In this document: positions 37,990-47,958 of the stretch, piece after piece
How the letters are laid out: each line of letters begins with the position of its first letter
Numbering within the stretch: the stretch's first letter is position 1
IMG/VR virus record: IMGVR_UViG_3300050821_011122
Direction: 5' to 3' (one strand)
DNA: 64,000 nucleotides
Source: an uncultured virus (IMG/VR IMGVR_UViG_3300050821_011122)
Lineage: Duplodnaviria; Heunggongvirae; Uroviricota; Caudoviricetes
Translations under genes and position numbers: made by a program
The notes under the pieces: model-generated
Databases searched by the model: none
Told to the model about the DNA's origin: nothing
The model's input: only the letters and a program-made list of their open reading frames with translations

Positions 37990-38766
37990 ATGGCAAGAGC
38001 CTACGGACGTAAGCAGCCCGCCCCGCTACCGGCCCACCGCATGCTGAGCCGCGTGAGCGCCGTGCCGGAAGTCGTGGACCTGCGCCCGTGGTGCGGCGCC
38101 GTGAAGAACCAGGTAAACCTGAGCAGCTGCACCGGGCACGCCTTCGCCAGCGGGGTGGAGTGGATATTCCGCAAGTACCTAAAGCAGCAACCCGTGCTGT
38201 CCCCGCTGTACGTGTACGCCAAGGAATTACAGGCGGACGGCAACTTCCCGAACGACGATGGCAGCGACGGCAACACCGGCAGCAACGTGGTGATCGCGAA
38301 CGGCGCGTGCCTGGATGCCTTATACCCGGACTCCAGCCTCAAGATTCAGGCCCCGGATGCCGAGATGGACGCCAGCGCCAGCCACTACCGCATGGGGGCG
38401 TACCACGGGCTGCAGGGCAGCCTGGTGGCGCTGTCAGTAGTCGGCGACCCAGTGCCGTGGCCGGTGGAGATTGGGTTTACCGTGTACGAGAGCTTCGAGA
38501 GCGATGAGGTGGCCAGCCGCGGTATCTACAACCCGGCCCAGGGCGAGAGCGTGCTGGGCGGCCACGAGGTGCTGATGGTAGGGTATGACGTGGGCACCAT
38601 TCCGACGTTGCGGCCAGCCGGGTGCCCGCCCGCGGCGCTGATCCAAAACAGCTGGGGAACGGGTTGGGGCTGGAATAGCAGCGGGTTCTTCTGGGCTGCT
38701 CTCGGCGTACTGGACGATCCCCAAACTGACCTCAAGATCGTCCACAGCGGGAGCCCCTGGAAATGA
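37990..38766 (+). CDS. Papain-family (C1) cysteine peptidase
   Basis: VDLR, NQVNLSSCTGHA, GGHEV, QNSWG. Confidence 0.9.
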   Translation: MARAYGRKQPAPLPAHRMLSRVSAVPEVVDLRPWCGAVKNQVNLSSCTGHAFASGVEWIFRKYLKQQPVLSPLYVYAKELQADGNFPNDDGSDGNTGSNVVIANGACLDALYPDSSLKIQAPDAEMDASASHYRMGAYHGLQGSLVALSVVGDPVPWPVEIGFTVYESFESDEVASRGIYNPAQGESVLGGHEVLMVGYDVGTIPTLRPAGCPPAALIQNSWGTGWGWNSSGFFWAALGVLDDPQTDLKIVHSGSPWK

Positions 38767-39254
38767 GCACAGTCGACTACCAGACAAATTTAGAGCTTAA
38801 GAGAATTGCCGATTCTTTCGAGCAGTTGTTGACGGAAGTTGAGAGTCATAACAAGACTTTTGAGCAACTGTTAAACGAGGTAAAACAGATTCGGGTGGCC
38901 GTAGTGGGTCGTCCGACTAAACTGCAACTGCAATTCCAAGGAGGATTACCCGGTATGCCAGGACAAGAGACAGACACCCAGACAATCCCCTGCTCCGCGA
39001 TCGAGACCGACGCGGACGGGCAGCCCGTAACCCTGAACCCCGCGAACGTGACGTGGTCCATCGACAACCCGGCCATCGCCGCGCTCACCCAGAACCCCGA
39101 CGGCAGCGCGACCTTCAAGGCGCTCTCCGTGGGAACGGCGAACGTCAGCTGCTCCGACAGCAGCGAGAACCCCCCACTGGTGGGCACCGACACGCTGACG
39201 GTGACCGCCGGACCGGCCAACAAGCTGGTGCTGCAGTTCGGGGCGCCCGCGTAA
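38763..39254 (+). CDS. Coiled coil plus Ig-like (Big_2-like) domain; possible internal start at 38955
   Basis: VTWSIDNPAIA...ALSVGTANV; GGAGGA before ATG 38955. Confidence 0.7.
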   Translation: MSTVDYQTNLELKRIADSFEQLLTEVESHNKTFEQLLNEVKQIRVAVVGRPTKLQLQFQGGLPGMPGQETDTQTIPCSAIETDADGQPVTLNPANVTWSIDNPAIAALTQNPDGSATFKALSVGTANVSCSDSSENPPLVGTDTLTVTAGPANKLVLQFGAPA

Positions 39255-39259
39255 GGCAG

Positions 39260-39838
39260 ATGCGTCCAACGGTAACAGTGAAGAAGGGCGCTGGCGGGGC
39301 GGCGGGCAGGTTCCGCGCCTCGCTGGCGGCCCTTTCCAAGTGGCAGGTGTACGTTGGGATTCCCGCGACTACGGCCATGGAGCGTAGGGCACATTTGGTA
39401 GAAATAGCGTTTCCGCGTGTTTCAACAAAGAAACCTAGCAAGCGAAGTGCTCGAGTTGCCGGTATGCTCGCAAAGAGCGAAATAAATAACGCGGAGCTAA
39501 TGTTCATCCACACCAATGGTAGCCTGCTGCGCCACATCCCGCCGCGCCCGGTGATCGAGCCTGCCATCAGCGACCCGGACAACCGGAAGCTGTTCTTGCC
39601 GGAGCTGGAGGCCGCGGCGAAGGCGGCGCTGGCGGGCCAGGTGCTGCAGGTCAAGGCGCACCTCAACCGCGCGGGCCTTATCGCGCAGAACGTTTGCCGC
39701 GCCTGGTTCGTGTCGCCCAAGAACGGCTGGCCGCCCAACGCGCCCAGCACTATACGGCGCAAGGGCAGCTCGCGCCCGCTGATCCTCACCGGAGAATTGA
39801 GGAAGTCGATTACCTACGTGGTGAGCGATGCTGGCTAA
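39260..39838 (+). CDS. Neck/tail completion protein
   Basis: VYVGIP...IPPRP...PNAPSTIRRKGSSRPLILTGELRKSITY. Confidence 0.8.
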   Translation: MRPTVTVKKGAGGAAGRFRASLAALSKWQVYVGIPATTAMERRAHLVEIAFPRVSTKKPSKRSARVAGMLAKSEINNAELMFIHTNGSLLRHIPPRPVIEPAISDPDNRKLFLPELEAAAKAALAGQVLQVKAHLNRAGLIAQNVCRAWFVSPKNGWPPNAPSTIRRKGSSRPLILTGELRKSITYVVSDAG

Positions 39839-40193
39839 CCTGCTCGACGTGGTTTCGAACTCGGACATTTGCGAGGTCTTCCAGATCCAACGCAACCCCG
39901 GCATTTTCGCCGCGGGCGGCTGGCAGGTCGGGCAGAACGTTTTGATCCAGGTGTACGGCGTCGTGTCGGTGGCCAGCGCGCGGCAGCTTGAGATGATCCC
40001 CGAGGCCGACCGCGTGCACGGGGCGCGGGTGTTCCACAGCAGTACGCCCATGTACGTCACCAGCGAGGACCGCGGCATCACGGCGGACGTACTGATCTAC
40101 AACGGCGTGAGCTACCGCGTGATGAGCGTGGGCGCCTACGCCAACCGCGGCGGGTACTACGAGGCCGTGGCCGTGAGGATGGCGGGCCAGTGA
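39828..40193 (+). CDS. Head-closure/stopper-like protein
   Basis: Synteny; DVLIYNGVSYRV pattern. Confidence 0.7.
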   Translation: MLANLLDVVSNSDICEVFQIQRNPGIFAAGGWQVGQNVLIQVYGVVSVASARQLEMIPEADRVHGARVFHSSTPMYVTSEDRGITADVLIYNGVSYRVMSVGAYANRGGYYEAVAVRMAGQ

Positions 40194-40387
40194 GGGATTT
40201 TATTAACTGGGTCGCGGCTTGGTGGCGGCGAGGCGATGCCCGGCCAGCGCCGGTCGCGCGCCAGGAGGTGCGGCTGCCGCTGGCGCCGCGCGGAGAGGAA
40301 GCAAAGCCTAGCGGAGCGCGGCGGAGAAGCCTGCGCCAGGAGCGCGAGGCAAGGCGGCAGAGGCCGCTGGGAGGGCCGCCGCGGTGA
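40190..40387 (+). CDS. Arg-rich hypothetical protein
   Basis: GTGA overlaps at both ends. Confidence 0.5.
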   Translation: MRDFINWVAAWWRRGDARPAPVARQEVRLPLAPRGEEAKPSGARRRSLRQEREARRQRPLGGPPR

Positions 40388-40968
40388 GTAGCTACCCCAC
40401 CCCGCTTACGCCCAACCAGGTGAACCTGGTGCTGCAGTCCGCCACCATCGCGGCCCTGGGCATCGAGCTGCAGTCGCCCGCCGTGCCGAACGACCCGGCG
40501 TACGCCGCCGTGCGCGTGGGCTGGCAGCAGCAGGGGCAGCCCGCCTTCGCCATCGACGAGGACGTGGTGTTCGTGCGCTGCGCCGAGGACGACGACCAGT
40601 ACGACCGCATCAAGCACCCGAGCGTCGTCAACGGCCAGCAGCTGTTCCAGTACACGCGCGTGTGGCGCGTGTGGTGGGACTTCCACGGCCCCAACAGCGT
40701 GGACCGCGGGCGCATAATGCGCTCCTCCCTGTTCTCGCAGGCCACGCACGACGCGCTCAGCGCGGCGCAGCTCTACTTCGTCACCAACCCGCAGGCCCCG
40801 CAGCGGCTGTTCGAGGAGAAGGACGGGCAGTGGTGGGAGCGGGTGAACTTCTCGGCCCAGTTCAACGAGATGGTGACCGAGACGCCGCCGGTGACCTTCG
40901 CCAGCAGCGTGGAGATACTCGGCTACACGGCCCAGGGCCAATTCTGCGACATCACCGTGGAGGAATAG
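40384..40968 (+). CDS. Tail terminator-like protein
   Basis: Directly before the sheath gene; VGWQQQGQP...WWERVNF. Confidence 0.7.
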   Translation: MSSYPTPLTPNQVNLVLQSATIAALGIELQSPAVPNDPAYAAVRVGWQQQGQPAFAIDEDVVFVRCAEDDDQYDRIKHPSVVNGQQLFQYTRVWRVWWDFHGPNSVDRGRIMRSSLFSQATHDALSAAQLYFVTNPQAPQRLFEEKDGQWWERVNFSAQFNEMVTETPPVTFASSVEILGYTAQGQFCDITVEE

Positions 40969-40969
40969 A

Positions 40970-42382
40970 ATGTCAACGCAAGCAACGCTCCCGATTTCTA
41001 ACATCGTAGACGTGGTGGTCAGCATCACCCCCACGGCCCCAGCGTTGCCGCAGTTCAACCAGGGGCTCATCACCGGCACCAGCACCGCCATCCCAAGCGT
41101 GGGCGGGGTGAACAACCGAGTCCGCCAATACTCCACGCTGGCCCAGATGATCGCGGACGGCTTCACCACGTCCGAGCCGGAGTACATCGCGGCCCAGATC
41201 TACTTCAACCAGGACTTTAACGGCGACCCGGCCCAGTACGTGTGGGTGGGGCGCCAGGACCTCACCGCCGTCATCGCTATCGCCATCAACGCGGCGGGCA
41301 CCGGGTATGCCGTCGGGGACACGTTCTCCATCGCGGGCGGCAGCACGCTGGCGGACGGCGTAGTGCTGGCGGAGGCGGGCGGGGTTCCCAGCTCCATCGG
41401 GATCGTCGGCTATAGCAGCGGCACCGGGTACACCACGGCCAGCGGCGTCGCCACCACGCACCTCACCGGCAGCGGCACCGGGCTCACCGTGAACACCACG
41501 GTCGGCGAGACCTGCCTGATCGCGCTGGAGCAGTGCCGCCTGGCCAGCCTGCAGTGGTACGCGGCCATGTGCACGGGCAGCGTCACCGCCGACCACGAGG
41601 CCATCGCCGCTTGGGTGCAGTCGGCTTCGCCTAGCAGCTTCTACTTCTTCTCCACGGCGGACGCCGCGGTGCCAGCCGGGACCGCGGGCAACGTGTTCGC
41701 GGCCCTGAAGGCCGACAGCTACAGCCGCGTGCTGGGCTGCTACAACACCACGCAGGGTGGGACGGCAGCTAACAACATTTACGCCGGGGCGGCCCTGCTG
41801 GGCATCGCCATGGGGCTGAACACCGGGCTGGCCAACAGCTACTTCACGCTGGCCTTCAAGACCATGGTCGGCATCACGCCCGAGCCGCTCACCCAAACGC
41901 AGGTCAACACGATCCTGGGCAATAACGGCAACGTGTACGTGACCATCGGCAACGCCTACCAGATCGTGCAGAACGGCATCATGCCGAACGGCAACCAGTT
42001 CGGCATCACCCTTGGCCTGGACATGCTGACGTCCGACATCCAGTACTCCGAGATGGACGTGCTGGTGGACAACGACAACGTGCCGCAGACGGACCCGGGC
42101 GAGGTGATGCTCATACAGCCGGTGAACGCGGCGGCCCAGCGGGCGCAGGTGCGCGGGTTCCTGGCCGGTGGCGTGTGGAACGGCGCCACCATCAGCCCCG
42201 GCGGCCCGAACAGCCTGTTCGCGGGCACCACGCTGCCGGACGGCTACCTGGCGCTCACCGCGCCCTACTCCATCCAGTCGCCCGCGGCCAAGGCGGCGGG
42301 CCAGGCCATGCCGATCTACCTCGCCGTGATCACCTCGGGTACGGTGCTAAGCCTGGTCGTCCAAGTCAACGTCCAGCTCTAA
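40970..42382 (+). CDS. Tail sheath protein (DUF3383)
   Basis: LPISNIVDV, RVRQYSTL, PEYIAA..YF.Q, TLAFK, VPQTD.G. Confidence 0.9.
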   Translation: MSTQATLPISNIVDVVVSITPTAPALPQFNQGLITGTSTAIPSVGGVNNRVRQYSTLAQMIADGFTTSEPEYIAAQIYFNQDFNGDPAQYVWVGRQDLTAVIAIAINAAGTGYAVGDTFSIAGGSTLADGVVLAEAGGVPSSIGIVGYSSGTGYTTASGVATTHLTGSGTGLTVNTTVGETCLIALEQCRLASLQWYAAMCTGSVTADHEAIAAWVQSASPSSFYFFSTADAAVPAGTAGNVFAALKADSYSRVLGCYNTTQGGTAANNIYAGAALLGIAMGLNTGLANSYFTLAFKTMVGITPEPLTQTQVNTILGNNGNVYVTIGNAYQIVQNGIMPNGNQFGITLGLDMLTSDIQYSEMDVLVDNDNVPQTDPGEVMLIQPVNAAAQRAQVRGFLAGGVWNGATISPGGPNSLFAGTTLPDGYLALTAPYSIQSPAAKAAGQAMPIYLAVITSGTVLSLVVQVNVQL

Positions 42383-42401
42383 GGAATAGGAGAACAATAC
42401 C

Positions 42402-42857
42402 ATGGGCTACACCACCTACAGCTTCCTCGACCTCAGCCTGGTGCTGGACGACCCCGACGTGGGCAGCTTCGCCAGCAGCGGGGAGCAGGGCTTCGGCGAG
42501 CTGCACATCGCCATGACCACCGAGCGCACCGTGCACAACGTGGCCGCCGACGGCAGCGTGATGGTGAGCTACGTCGCGGGCAGCAACGGCACCGCCGACA
42601 TCCGGGTGCAGCAGACGTCGGAGCTGCACGACTTCCTGCTCAACTGGGCCAACACCAAGTTCAGCCTCGCGGACGCGCACGACGTGAGCACCTTCGCCGG
42701 GATGAGCTTCACGGCCCGCAACCTGACGGACGGCACCATGCACGTGTGCACGGGCGTCAGCCCCAGCAAGATCGCGGACAAGCCCTACATGTCCCAGGGG
42801 CAGGAGATCACCTGGCGGCTGATGATAGCCAACTCGCGCCAGGTCAACGTAGGGTAG
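42402..42857 (+). CDS. Tail tube protein (DUF3277-like)
   Basis: TYSFLD...VAADGSVMVS...QQTS; follows the sheath gene. Confidence 0.85.
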   Translation: MGYTTYSFLDLSLVLDDPDVGSFASSGEQGFGELHIAMTTERTVHNVAADGSVMVSYVAGSNGTADIRVQQTSELHDFLLNWANTKFSLADAHDVSTFAGMSFTARNLTDGTMHVCTGVSPSKIADKPYMSQGQEITWRLMIANSRQVNVG

Positions 42858-42876
42858 CAGGAAAGGCGACGCCACG

Positions 42877-43371
42877 ATGAGGCCGAAGACCAAGGAAGTA
42901 AGCATAGGCGAGTACCAGTGCCGCGTGGGCAAGCTGGACGCGTGCAGCGCCGCGTGGGTGCTGGGGGTGCTGATGGCCGTGGTGGCCGACCAGCGCAGGC
43001 GGCAGCCGCAGGCTCCGGAGCAGCAGGCGCCCGAGCCGCCCCCGAAGGACGCGGCGGCCCGCGAGGAGATGGCCCGCGGCGTGGTGGGGGCGCTGTGGCT
43101 GACGGCGGGCAGCGCGCTGGACCGCGAGCGCTACCGCGACGTGCAGCAGGGTTGCCTGCGGGTGTGCTCGGCCCGGAACGACGGCGGGCTGTTCGAGCCC
43201 GTGGTGGCCGCGGACGGGCGGTGGTCCCGGAAGGACATCGGCGACGACGCCCCGGCGGTGCACCGGCTGATCCTGGAGGCCCTGCAGTTTAACCTCAGCC
43301 CGTTTTTTCTAGACGACGCGTCGAGCGGGGCGGCGGCGTCGCCCCTGGCCCCCGCGGCCCCGAGTGCGTAG
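42877..43371 (+). CDS. Tail assembly chaperone
   Basis: Between tube and tape measure; FNLSPFF end. Confidence 0.8.
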   Translation: MRPKTKEVSIGEYQCRVGKLDACSAAWVLGVLMAVVADQRRRQPQAPEQQAPEPPPKDAAAREEMARGVVGALWLTAGSALDRERYRDVQQGCLRVCSARNDGGLFEPVVAADGRWSRKDIGDDAPAVHRLILEALQFNLSPFFLDDASSGAAASPLAPAAPSA

Positions 43372-43529
43372 AGCTGGACCCGTTCCTGTGGCGCCCGGTA
43401 ATGCTGGGCCTTTGGCGCCACGCCGACATACGGGCGATGGACATGGACGACCTGCTCGACGCTCACGAGTGCCTGGACCTGCAGGCGGAGGCGCGGCGGC
43501 GGGCGGAAGAGTTGGCCGGTAGGAAATGA
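43302..43529 (+). CDS. -1 frameshift extension of the tail assembly chaperone
   Basis: G TTT TTT at 43302-43308; -1 frame open to TGA 43529 (…ELDPFLWRPV…DDLLDAHECLD…). Confidence 0.7.
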   Translation, partial: VFSRRRVERGGGVAPGPRGPECVELDPFLWRPVMLGLWRHADIRAMDMDDLLDAHECLDLQAEARRRAEELAGRK

Positions 43530-44917
43530 AGACGATAGAAAGTTACCTCGTTTCGCTGGGCTTCACGGTGGACCAGCCGCAACTCCGGAAGTTCGAGGAC
43601 GCGTTGCGCTCGCTGGCGGTGTACGTCGAGCGCTACACCACCAACCAGTACACCGGCATCGCCAGCATGTTCCTTAAGACGGGCGCGGCCATCGGCGGCA
43701 CCATCGCCGGGCTGGAGGCCGGGTTCCTGGGCCTGGCCACGCGCACGGCTAACTCTGACTTGCAGATGCAGATCATGGCCCGGCGCATGTTCATGTCCGC
43801 CAGCGCGTTCCGCGAGATGAAGGTCGCCACCGACGCCTTGGGCGTAAGCCTGGAGGACGTGATGTTCGGGCCGCCGGAGCTGCGCGAGCGCTACGCCCAA
43901 CTGATGGGCGACCAGAAGCGCTGGGGCTTCGCGGACGAAAGCTCGTTGCGCAACATCCGCGACATCGAGCAGTCGTTTACCAGGTTGAAGATGGCGTTCG
44001 AGTGGGGGTTCCTGCCCAAGTTGGCCGGGAGCATCGGGAAGGCGTTTGCCGGTAAGGACTTCGACATCGGCAAGTGGCTGGACGCGCTGGACGACAAGAA
44101 GCTGCAGTACTACGCCGACGTGGTGAGCGGCGCGCTGGTCCCGGCGCTGCAGACCACCTACGACCTGCTGAAGGCCATCCCAGGGTTCGTTAGCGACTTG
44201 TACCAGGGCCTCAAGGCCACGTGGGCGGAGGCCAAGTCGGTAATCGACTACATTAAGCCCTATCTTGGTTCGCCTAGCGATAACGAACTGCCCACCGCCG
44301 GTGGCGACCCCAGCGTTCCCGCCGGTAAGGACCGTTCCCCCTCCACCTCCGGCACCGCGATGTACCAGAGCGCCGCGCGGTTTATCGCGCAGGAGTACGG
44401 AATAGACCCCAACCTGTTCATGGGCCTGATCAAGGCCGAGTCCGGCTGGAACCCCAACGCGCGCAACCCTTCGTCCGGGGCGTACGGCTACGGCCAGCTG
44501 ATGCCGGGCAACATGGGGGCATTCGGCCTGAGCGGCAAGGACCCCGGCGAAAACCTGATCATCGCCGCCCGCCTATTTGCCCAGTACCTCAAGGAGGCCA
44601 ACGGCGACACCTTCCGGGCGCTGGAGTCGTACAACGGGCTGAAGAGCTTCAACGACCCCGACAAGATGCGGGCGTTCAAGAAGTACTATAGCGACATCCA
44701 AAGCAACGCCGACGAGTACCGGCGCGAGTGGGGCGGCGCCCCAGGCGGGGCCAAGCTGGGCCCCACGGCGTTCCACTCCACCATACAGATCCACGTGGAC
44801 AAGACCAGCGCCAGCGCGCAGGACATCGCCGCGGCGGTGAAGCCCGTGGTGCACGAGGAGTTGGCCCTGATGAGCCAGCGGCTGCTCACCGAGTACGGCG
44901 GGGTGTACGCCTCCTAA
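43526..44917 (+). CDS. Tape measure protein with lytic transglycosylase (SLT) domain
   Basis: YLVSLGF N-terminus; AESGWNPNA...GAYGYGQLMP...ALESYN. Confidence 0.88.
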   Translation: MKTIESYLVSLGFTVDQPQLRKFEDALRSLAVYVERYTTNQYTGIASMFLKTGAAIGGTIAGLEAGFLGLATRTANSDLQMQIMARRMFMSASAFREMKVATDALGVSLEDVMFGPPELRERYAQLMGDQKRWGFADESSLRNIRDIEQSFTRLKMAFEWGFLPKLAGSIGKAFAGKDFDIGKWLDALDDKKLQYYADVVSGALVPALQTTYDLLKAIPGFVSDLYQGLKATWAEAKSVIDYIKPYLGSPSDNELPTAGGDPSVPAGKDRSPSTSGTAMYQSAARFIAQEYGIDPNLFMGLIKAESGWNPNARNPSSGAYGYGQLMPGNMGAFGLSGKDPGENLIIAARLFAQYLKEANGDTFRALESYNGLKSFNDPDKMRAFKKYYSDIQSNADEYRREWGGAPGGAKLGPTAFHSTIQIHVDKTSASAQDIAAAVKPVVHEELALMSQRLLTEYGGVYAS

Positions 44918-45618
44918 TGGGATTCAGCTCATTCGTCGGGTCGCTGCTATCGGGCGCGGGGCCGCAGTCCGGGCCGTACCGCCCGCCCCAGTGGTCCGCG
45001 GGGCCGCAGCTGTGGTCGGTCACCGCCACCCTGCCTAACCAGTCGGGCAGCTCTAGCGACCTGTCCGGCAGCTCCAACACTTCCCCCGGGTCGCCTACTA
45101 CTTTATTCTTCGACGCCGTGCTGCGCGTGGACCACAACGAGGAGGTGGTAATCACCCACCACCCGGTGCAGTCCGGTGCCGCCCTTACCGACCACGCCTA
45201 CTCGCTACCGGCGCAGGTAACCCTGGAAGTAGGGTTTAGCGACGCCATGGACAGTTTTCAGTCCGGGCAATACTCCGGGGGCAGCAGCAAGTCGGTCACG
45301 GCCTACCAGCAGTTCCAGCAGATCAAGGACCTGCACCTGCCGTGCACGCTGGCCACGCGCCTGGCGCAGTACAGCAACATGATGCTGGTGCAGCTGCGCG
45401 CCCCGGAGTCGCGCGAGAATTTCGCGTCCACCGTGATGACGCTGCGGTTCGAGCAGATTTTCCTGGGCAGCGTGTCGGCCGCCACCCAGAGTTCGCGCAA
45501 CCAGCAGACCGGGAGCAGCCCCGAGGGGTCGCTGTCCACCACCACGCCGAGCAGCGGCACCGACGGCCTGCAGAACGGCGACGGCACCTACAACAGCAAT
45601 TCTTTACCCACGTTCTAA
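44917..45618 (+). CDS. Tail tube initiator/Dit-like baseplate protein
   Basis: ITHHPVQSGAALTDHAY...YSNM. Confidence 0.8.
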   Translation: MGFSSFVGSLLSGAGPQSGPYRPPQWSAGPQLWSVTATLPNQSGSSSDLSGSSNTSPGSPTTLFFDAVLRVDHNEEVVITHHPVQSGAALTDHAYSLPAQVTLEVGFSDAMDSFQSGQYSGGSSKSVTAYQQFQQIKDLHLPCTLATRLAQYSNMMLVQLRAPESRENFASTVMTLRFEQIFLGSVSAATQSSRNQQTGSSPEGSLSTTTPSSGTDGLQNGDGTYNSNSLPTF

Positions 45619-45977
45619 TGTCCACTTCCCCCCAGATCGTACCGCTCACCAACTCTCCTAACCAGACGTTCTCGGTGGCGCTGTCCATCGACGGCACGGT
45701 GAAGAGCTTGCAGGGGTACCTGCACTACAACGAGGTGGCGGGCTACTGGGTGCTGTCCATCTACGACCTGCTGGGCAACCTCATACTGGACTCCGTGCCG
45801 TTCGTAACCGGGAACGGCTCTGGCGACGAGGCCAGCGGCAACTTGCTGGGCCAGTTCGACTACCTGGGCATCGGCAGCCTATATATTCTTAACATCAGCG
45901 GCGTCACTACACCGGACTTTCCCAACTCCACCGACCTGGGCGCCGACTTTCAGGCGCTGTGGGCGTCTACCCAATGA
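45618..45977 (+). CDS. Small baseplate protein
   Basis: PNQTFSV...VTG..LLGQFDYLG; synteny. Confidence 0.7.
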   Translation: MSTSPQIVPLTNSPNQTFSVALSIDGTVKSLQGYLHYNEVAGYWVLSIYDLLGNLILDSVPFVTGNGSGDEASGNLLGQFDYLGIGSLYILNISGVTTPDFPNSTDLGADFQALWASTQ

Positions 45978-47098
45978 GCGCCGCCGCCCTAGCTACGCCA
46001 AACGCCGTTGCGCCTAACAAGTTCTTCGGGCGCAAGTTCCAGCTCACCGTAACCCTACCGGCGGACAGTTCCGGCAACCAGCAGGTGCTATACATCCCGC
46101 AGAACTCGCTGGACCCCGAGGCGTTTCGGATTAAGTTTACCGTGTACACGGTGTTCTACCAAAAGGCGTGGTTCGCGGACATCGACATCTACAACCTGGA
46201 CAAGTTCACCACCAACCAGCTCATTTCCGGGTCCGGGCAAACTACCTCCACCGCTACTTCCCCAACTTCCACTATTAAACAGGGAATGGTGGCCACCCTT
46301 TACGCTGGGTACCAGAACGGCGCGTACGGGGCGATCTGGACCGGGCCAGTGTTCCAGGCGCGGTTTACCAAGGAACAGGTGGTAGACTTTAAGATTACCT
46401 TACACTGCCTGCTGTGGCTGGACCCCTTGACCCGGACTAATATTAACTCGACGTTTTCGGCCCTGACCAACCAGACCGACCTTATCAACCAGATTGCCAA
46501 TCTGGCGTTCGGCAGCAGCGTGCACACGTCGGTGAGCGACAGCGTCAAGTCCACTCAGCAGTCGCGCGGCGGAGTGGTATTCGGCTCGGCCAAGCAATTC
46601 TTCAATTCTACCGCCGACGACAACAACATGCAGTGGTTCCTGGGGCCGCGCGGTTTCAACTTCGCCCGGATCGACGACAACATTCAGGCGAACAGCGGCT
46701 CGGACGACGCCATCCCGACCACCACCGGGGTGCGGGTGTACAGCCCCCCGCCGCCCGCGGGCTACCCCGCGCCCGCCGCCGACGGCGTCATCATTGGCAC
46801 CCCGGAGCAGACCCAGTACGGAGTGCGGTTCCGCGTGCTGATGGACCCGGCGGTGCAGGTCACTTACCCCGCGCAGCTGGTGAAGATAGACAACAGCCAG
46901 ATTATACAGCTTAAGAAAAGCTTGGGGGAATACGTGAACGTCCTGGACCCCACGGGCACCTACATCGTGCTGGCGGCCACCTACGTGGGCGACACGCGGG
47001 GGGACGCCTGGTACACAGAGATCGAGGGCCTGACCAGCGTGGGCGGCAAGTGGGCCGCGGCGCAGGCCCTGGCGGAAAAGGCCAGCGTGAACCACTGA
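45974..47098 (+). CDS. Baseplate hub protein
   Basis: IYNL, LYAGY, IGTPEQT, GDTRGDAWY. Confidence 0.85.
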   Translation: MSAAALATPNAVAPNKFFGRKFQLTVTLPADSSGNQQVLYIPQNSLDPEAFRIKFTVYTVFYQKAWFADIDIYNLDKFTTNQLISGSGQTTSTATSPTSTIKQGMVATLYAGYQNGAYGAIWTGPVFQARFTKEQVVDFKITLHCLLWLDPLTRTNINSTFSALTNQTDLINQIANLAFGSSVHTSVSDSVKSTQQSRGGVVFGSAKQFFNSTADDNNMQWFLGPRGFNFARIDDNIQANSGSDDAIPTTTGVRVYSPPPPAGYPAPAADGVIIGTPEQTQYGVRFRVLMDPAVQVTYPAQLVKIDNSQIIQLKKSLGEYVNVLDPTGTYIVLAATYVGDTRGDAWYTEIEGLTSVGGKWAAAQALAEKASVNH

Positions 47099-47958
47099 TG
47101 GGCGCCCCCGCAACTTCGTCTTGGATCAACGTGCCGCAGCGGCTGCGGCAGCCGGAGCTTAGCTTCCTGGAGCTGCTGTTTCAATTCAGTCGCGACCTGC
47201 GTGTGGCCGTGCCGGGCATCGTACAGTCGTTTAACGCCACCAAGCAAACTGTTACCGTGCAGGTTGCCATCCGTGAAATGATCAATGTAATTACGGCAGA
47301 TGGCCAAGGGGGCGCTGCCCCGGTGCCCACACCCACGCAAATCCAGATACTGTCGGACGTGCCGATTTGCACCTACGGCGGCGGAGGATTCGAAGTTACC
47401 CTGCCTATTGCGGTCGGCGACGAATGCCTAGTGGTGTTTGGCGACAGCTGCATGAGCGCGTGGTGGGCCAACGGCGGGGTGCAGAACCCGGAGGTGAGCC
47501 GCCGCCACGACCTGTCCGACGGGTTCGCCGTCATCGGGCCGCGGTCGCAGCCGCGCAAGATTGCCAACTATTCTACCGACTCCCTGCAAATACGCTCCGA
47601 CGACGGCAACACGCTGATCAACGTGAAGGCGGGTCAGGTGAACTCCACGGTGGACGGAGGCACCACCACCAGCAAGATGACGGCGGGCGACATCGTGCTC
47701 AGCCCGGACGGCGGCACCACCCAGCTAGCCATCACACCCGGGGCCATCAACCTTACCGCCGCCACCGTGAACATCAACGGCAACGAGGTGATTAGCGGCG
47801 CTTTGACCGTGGACGAGACGGCACTGATCATAGGCCAGCTTACGGTGGACAGCACGATAGTGGGCCACGACGACGCCACCATCAGCGGCATTACCTACAG
47901 CTCGCACGAGCACAGCGGCGTCACCACCGGTGGCGGAACCTCGGGGCCTCCCGTATGA
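47098..47958 (+). CDS. Baseplate central spike (gpV/gp138-like)
   Basis: PGIVQSF, GDECLVVF, RRHDLSDG, C-terminal HEH. Confidence 0.9.
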   Translation: MGAPATSSWINVPQRLRQPELSFLELLFQFSRDLRVAVPGIVQSFNATKQTVTVQVAIREMINVITADGQGGAAPVPTPTQIQILSDVPICTYGGGGFEVTLPIAVGDECLVVFGDSCMSAWWANGGVQNPEVSRRHDLSDGFAVIGPRSQPRKIANYSTDSLQIRSDDGNTLINVKAGQVNSTVDGGTTTSKMTAGDIVLSPDGGTTQLAITPGAINLTAATVNINGNEVISGALTVDETALIIGQLTVDSTIVGHDDATISGITYSSHEHSGVTTGGGTSGPPV

